Below, piece after piece: positions 61,893-64,000 of a DNA stretch of 64,000 nucleotides; position 1 is the stretch's first letter; the number at the start of each line of letters is the position of its first letter. The notes beneath the pieces were generated by a model that saw nothing but the letters and a program-made list of their open reading frames with translations, was not told where the DNA came from and ran no database searches. A program made the position numbers and the translations under genes. The DNA comes from Malacoraja senta. Taxonomy: Eukaryota. The stretch covers positions 25,112,001-25,176,000 of the forward strand of contig CM075988.1 in NCBI GenBank assembly GCA_038087875.1, written 5' to 3'.

Positions 61893-62900
61893 GAATGGTA
61901 AATGTGAAAATGGGGCCAGATGAAGTCAGGGTAAGATGTCCTGTTAGCACCCAGCAGCACAGTCTTGTATTGCACACTGAGTACATAGCACCAGCCACAA
62001 AGTGACCCATACTAATACTGAATGTTTACTGCTTCATACTGTTTTGTCAAATAATAAATGCGTTCTCCCCTCGACAACAACATACTGATTCGATTGTTGA
62101 GTAAATGTACTTGCGACACAACCTTTACCCAGTACTCTGCTCCTCCTCCCTCCCCCGTTGAGGCCCCAATAAGTCATGTGGAATGCGCTGGTTGGTAATC
62201 TCATCTGTGAACATGATTAAGTGAAAAGTCTTGGCAGAAAAATAATGGATTAAAAAAGACTGGAGCAGGTAGGGTCAATAAATAAATAAAACCGAATTCA
62301 TTGCTTACAGAAAGAAAACGATTTCCATCAACTCTTTTTAGAAGTTTAATTTGCCCAGTGTCCAACAAGTTATTAACTGAAGAGAGTAACAAGTTACTAC
62401 TTTGTGGTAAATTCGTGAAAATGTCACTTTGCTGAAAGTTGCCAACCACACTGCAAACGTCTGTAAGGCAAATCCTCTGGGCTGTGTTTCGCCCACAGAG
62501 TTGGCCTCTCACTCCAGTGCCAGATGACTAATCTACATTTGAGACCCCAGATTTGAGTCTCCGTTGTCTTATTGGGAAATAGTCAAGCCCAGTTCTAGCC
62601 GAGCGCTGATACTATTTCCAGTAGTCACTGGCAAAAAGGACAGACAACACGCCAGACTCTTCTGTGGAAAACGCCCGGCTAACGCCTCGTCTCACGGGCA
62701 GGTTAGATCCGTTAGAGGGGGGGCAGTACAGTGGTGTAGAGGCAAGAGAAAGTAGTCCTGAATATTCACAGCATTGAATCCAGGATCCATGAATTCCCCT
62801 TGCATTCGATCAAACACCAGGGCGGCCACCTCCTCTTAACCCCTCAGATGATGAATCAAGGTTTCTACACGTTGAGTCACATTTGGAAGAAGTACTGAAA

Positions 62901-63186
62901 GCACGGTGGCGCAGCGGTAGAGTTGCTGCCCAACAGCGCCAGACACCCGGGTTCGATTCTGACTACGGGTGCTGTCTGTACGGAGTTTGTACGTTCTCCC
63001 TGTGACCGCGTGGGTTATCTCCGGGGGCTCTGGTTTCCTCCCACACTCCAAAGTCATGCAGGTTTGTTGGTTAATGTGCTTCAGTAAAAATTGTAAATTG
63101 TCCCTCTAGTGTACGGGGATCGCTGGTCGGCACGGACCCGATGGGCCAAAGGGCCTGTTTCCTCGCTGTGTCTCCAAACTACACTA
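62901..63186 (+). mobile_element. HE1-type SINE
   Basis: A/B boxes, V-domain, tail. Confidence 0.9.
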
Positions 63187-63439
63187 GCATGAGTGTAAAA
63201 CGCCCTCTGGGTGAGAGATCTCAATGCACATCACTATTGATAGGGCCATGACTAGGCTGGACAAATTCTGAAGGACATGTTTGTCCGTCTGACTTTGCAG
63301 TAGGTGGTGAGAGAATCTACGCAAGGACTTTGTCTTAGCCAATTTATCTGTGGCAAATCCATCTGTCCATAAAACCCAAGAGGGAATGACTAATGCACAG
63401 ATCTTGTAAAGACAAAGTCATATATTCTTGCTAAAGACA

Positions 63440-64000
63440 CCCTCAAATATGTTGTGTGGTCCGAGAACAATGATGCCATTATTAAGAAAGCACATCAGCG
63501 CCTCTACTTCCTGAGAAGATTACGGAGAGTCGGTTTGTCAAGGAGGACTCTCTCTAACTTCTACAGGTGCACAGTAGAGAGCATGCTGACCGGTTGCATC
63601 GTGGCTTGGTTCGGCAACTTGAGTGCCCTGGAGAGGAAAAGACTACAAAAAGTAGTAAACACTGCCCAGTCCATCATCGGCTCTGACCTTCCTTCCATCG
63701 AGGGGATCTACCACAGTCGCTGGCAGCATCATCAAGGACCCACACCATCCTGGCCACACACTCATCTCCCTACTACCTTCAGGTAGAAGGTACAGGAGCC
63801 TGAAGACGGCAACGACCAGGTTCAGGAACAGCTACTTCCCCACAGCCATCAGGCTATTAAACCTGGCTCGGACATAACACTGAACTTTACTAGCCAATAC
63901 TGTTATTTGCACTTTATCAGTATATTGACCATTGTGTATATATTTATAGAATGCCTTGTAGTAAATGCCTACTATGTTCTGTTGTGCTCAAGCAAAGCAA
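63440..64000 (+). mobile_element. Rex1/Babar LINE 3' portion
   Basis: KKAHQRLYFLRRLR...FYRCTVESMLTGCIVAWFG...LPSGRRYRSLKTATTRFRNSYFPTAIRLLN with one frameshift. Confidence 0.9.

Noticed and set aside
61355..61893. Tyr/Ile-rich ORFs
   Set aside because: Low-complexity TA/TACA repeat

Overview
Eukaryotic, repeat-dense, intron/intergenic-like DNA. It is most likely from a cartilaginous fish (skate/ray type), inferred from about 20 HE1-type V-SINEs, CR1/HER1 3' ends and DeuSINE remnants. No named protein-coding gene could be identified, and nearly all ORF-track entries are transposon fragments or microsatellites. Contents: HE1 SINEs; CR1, L2, L1, Rex1/Babar and Vingi/Ingi-like LINE fragments; 7 PIF/Harbinger-type MITEs; and one non-autonomous Helitron (45672-46743) carrying a TATA-Inr promoter-like module and a splice donor. 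There are also about 25 short Penelope-like-element (PLE) 3' units, most retaining a whole or partial minimal hammerhead-ribozyme motif (CTGAAGA-stem II-GAAACGTH). Five cores are intact, one lies directly behind a GIY-YIG C-terminus, and many units are head-to-head palindromes bounded by a single TSD. There is one orphan exon-like ORF (2683-3120, minus) and a few weak exon candidates. Family names come from motif recognition, not database searches; boundaries of old elements are approximate.
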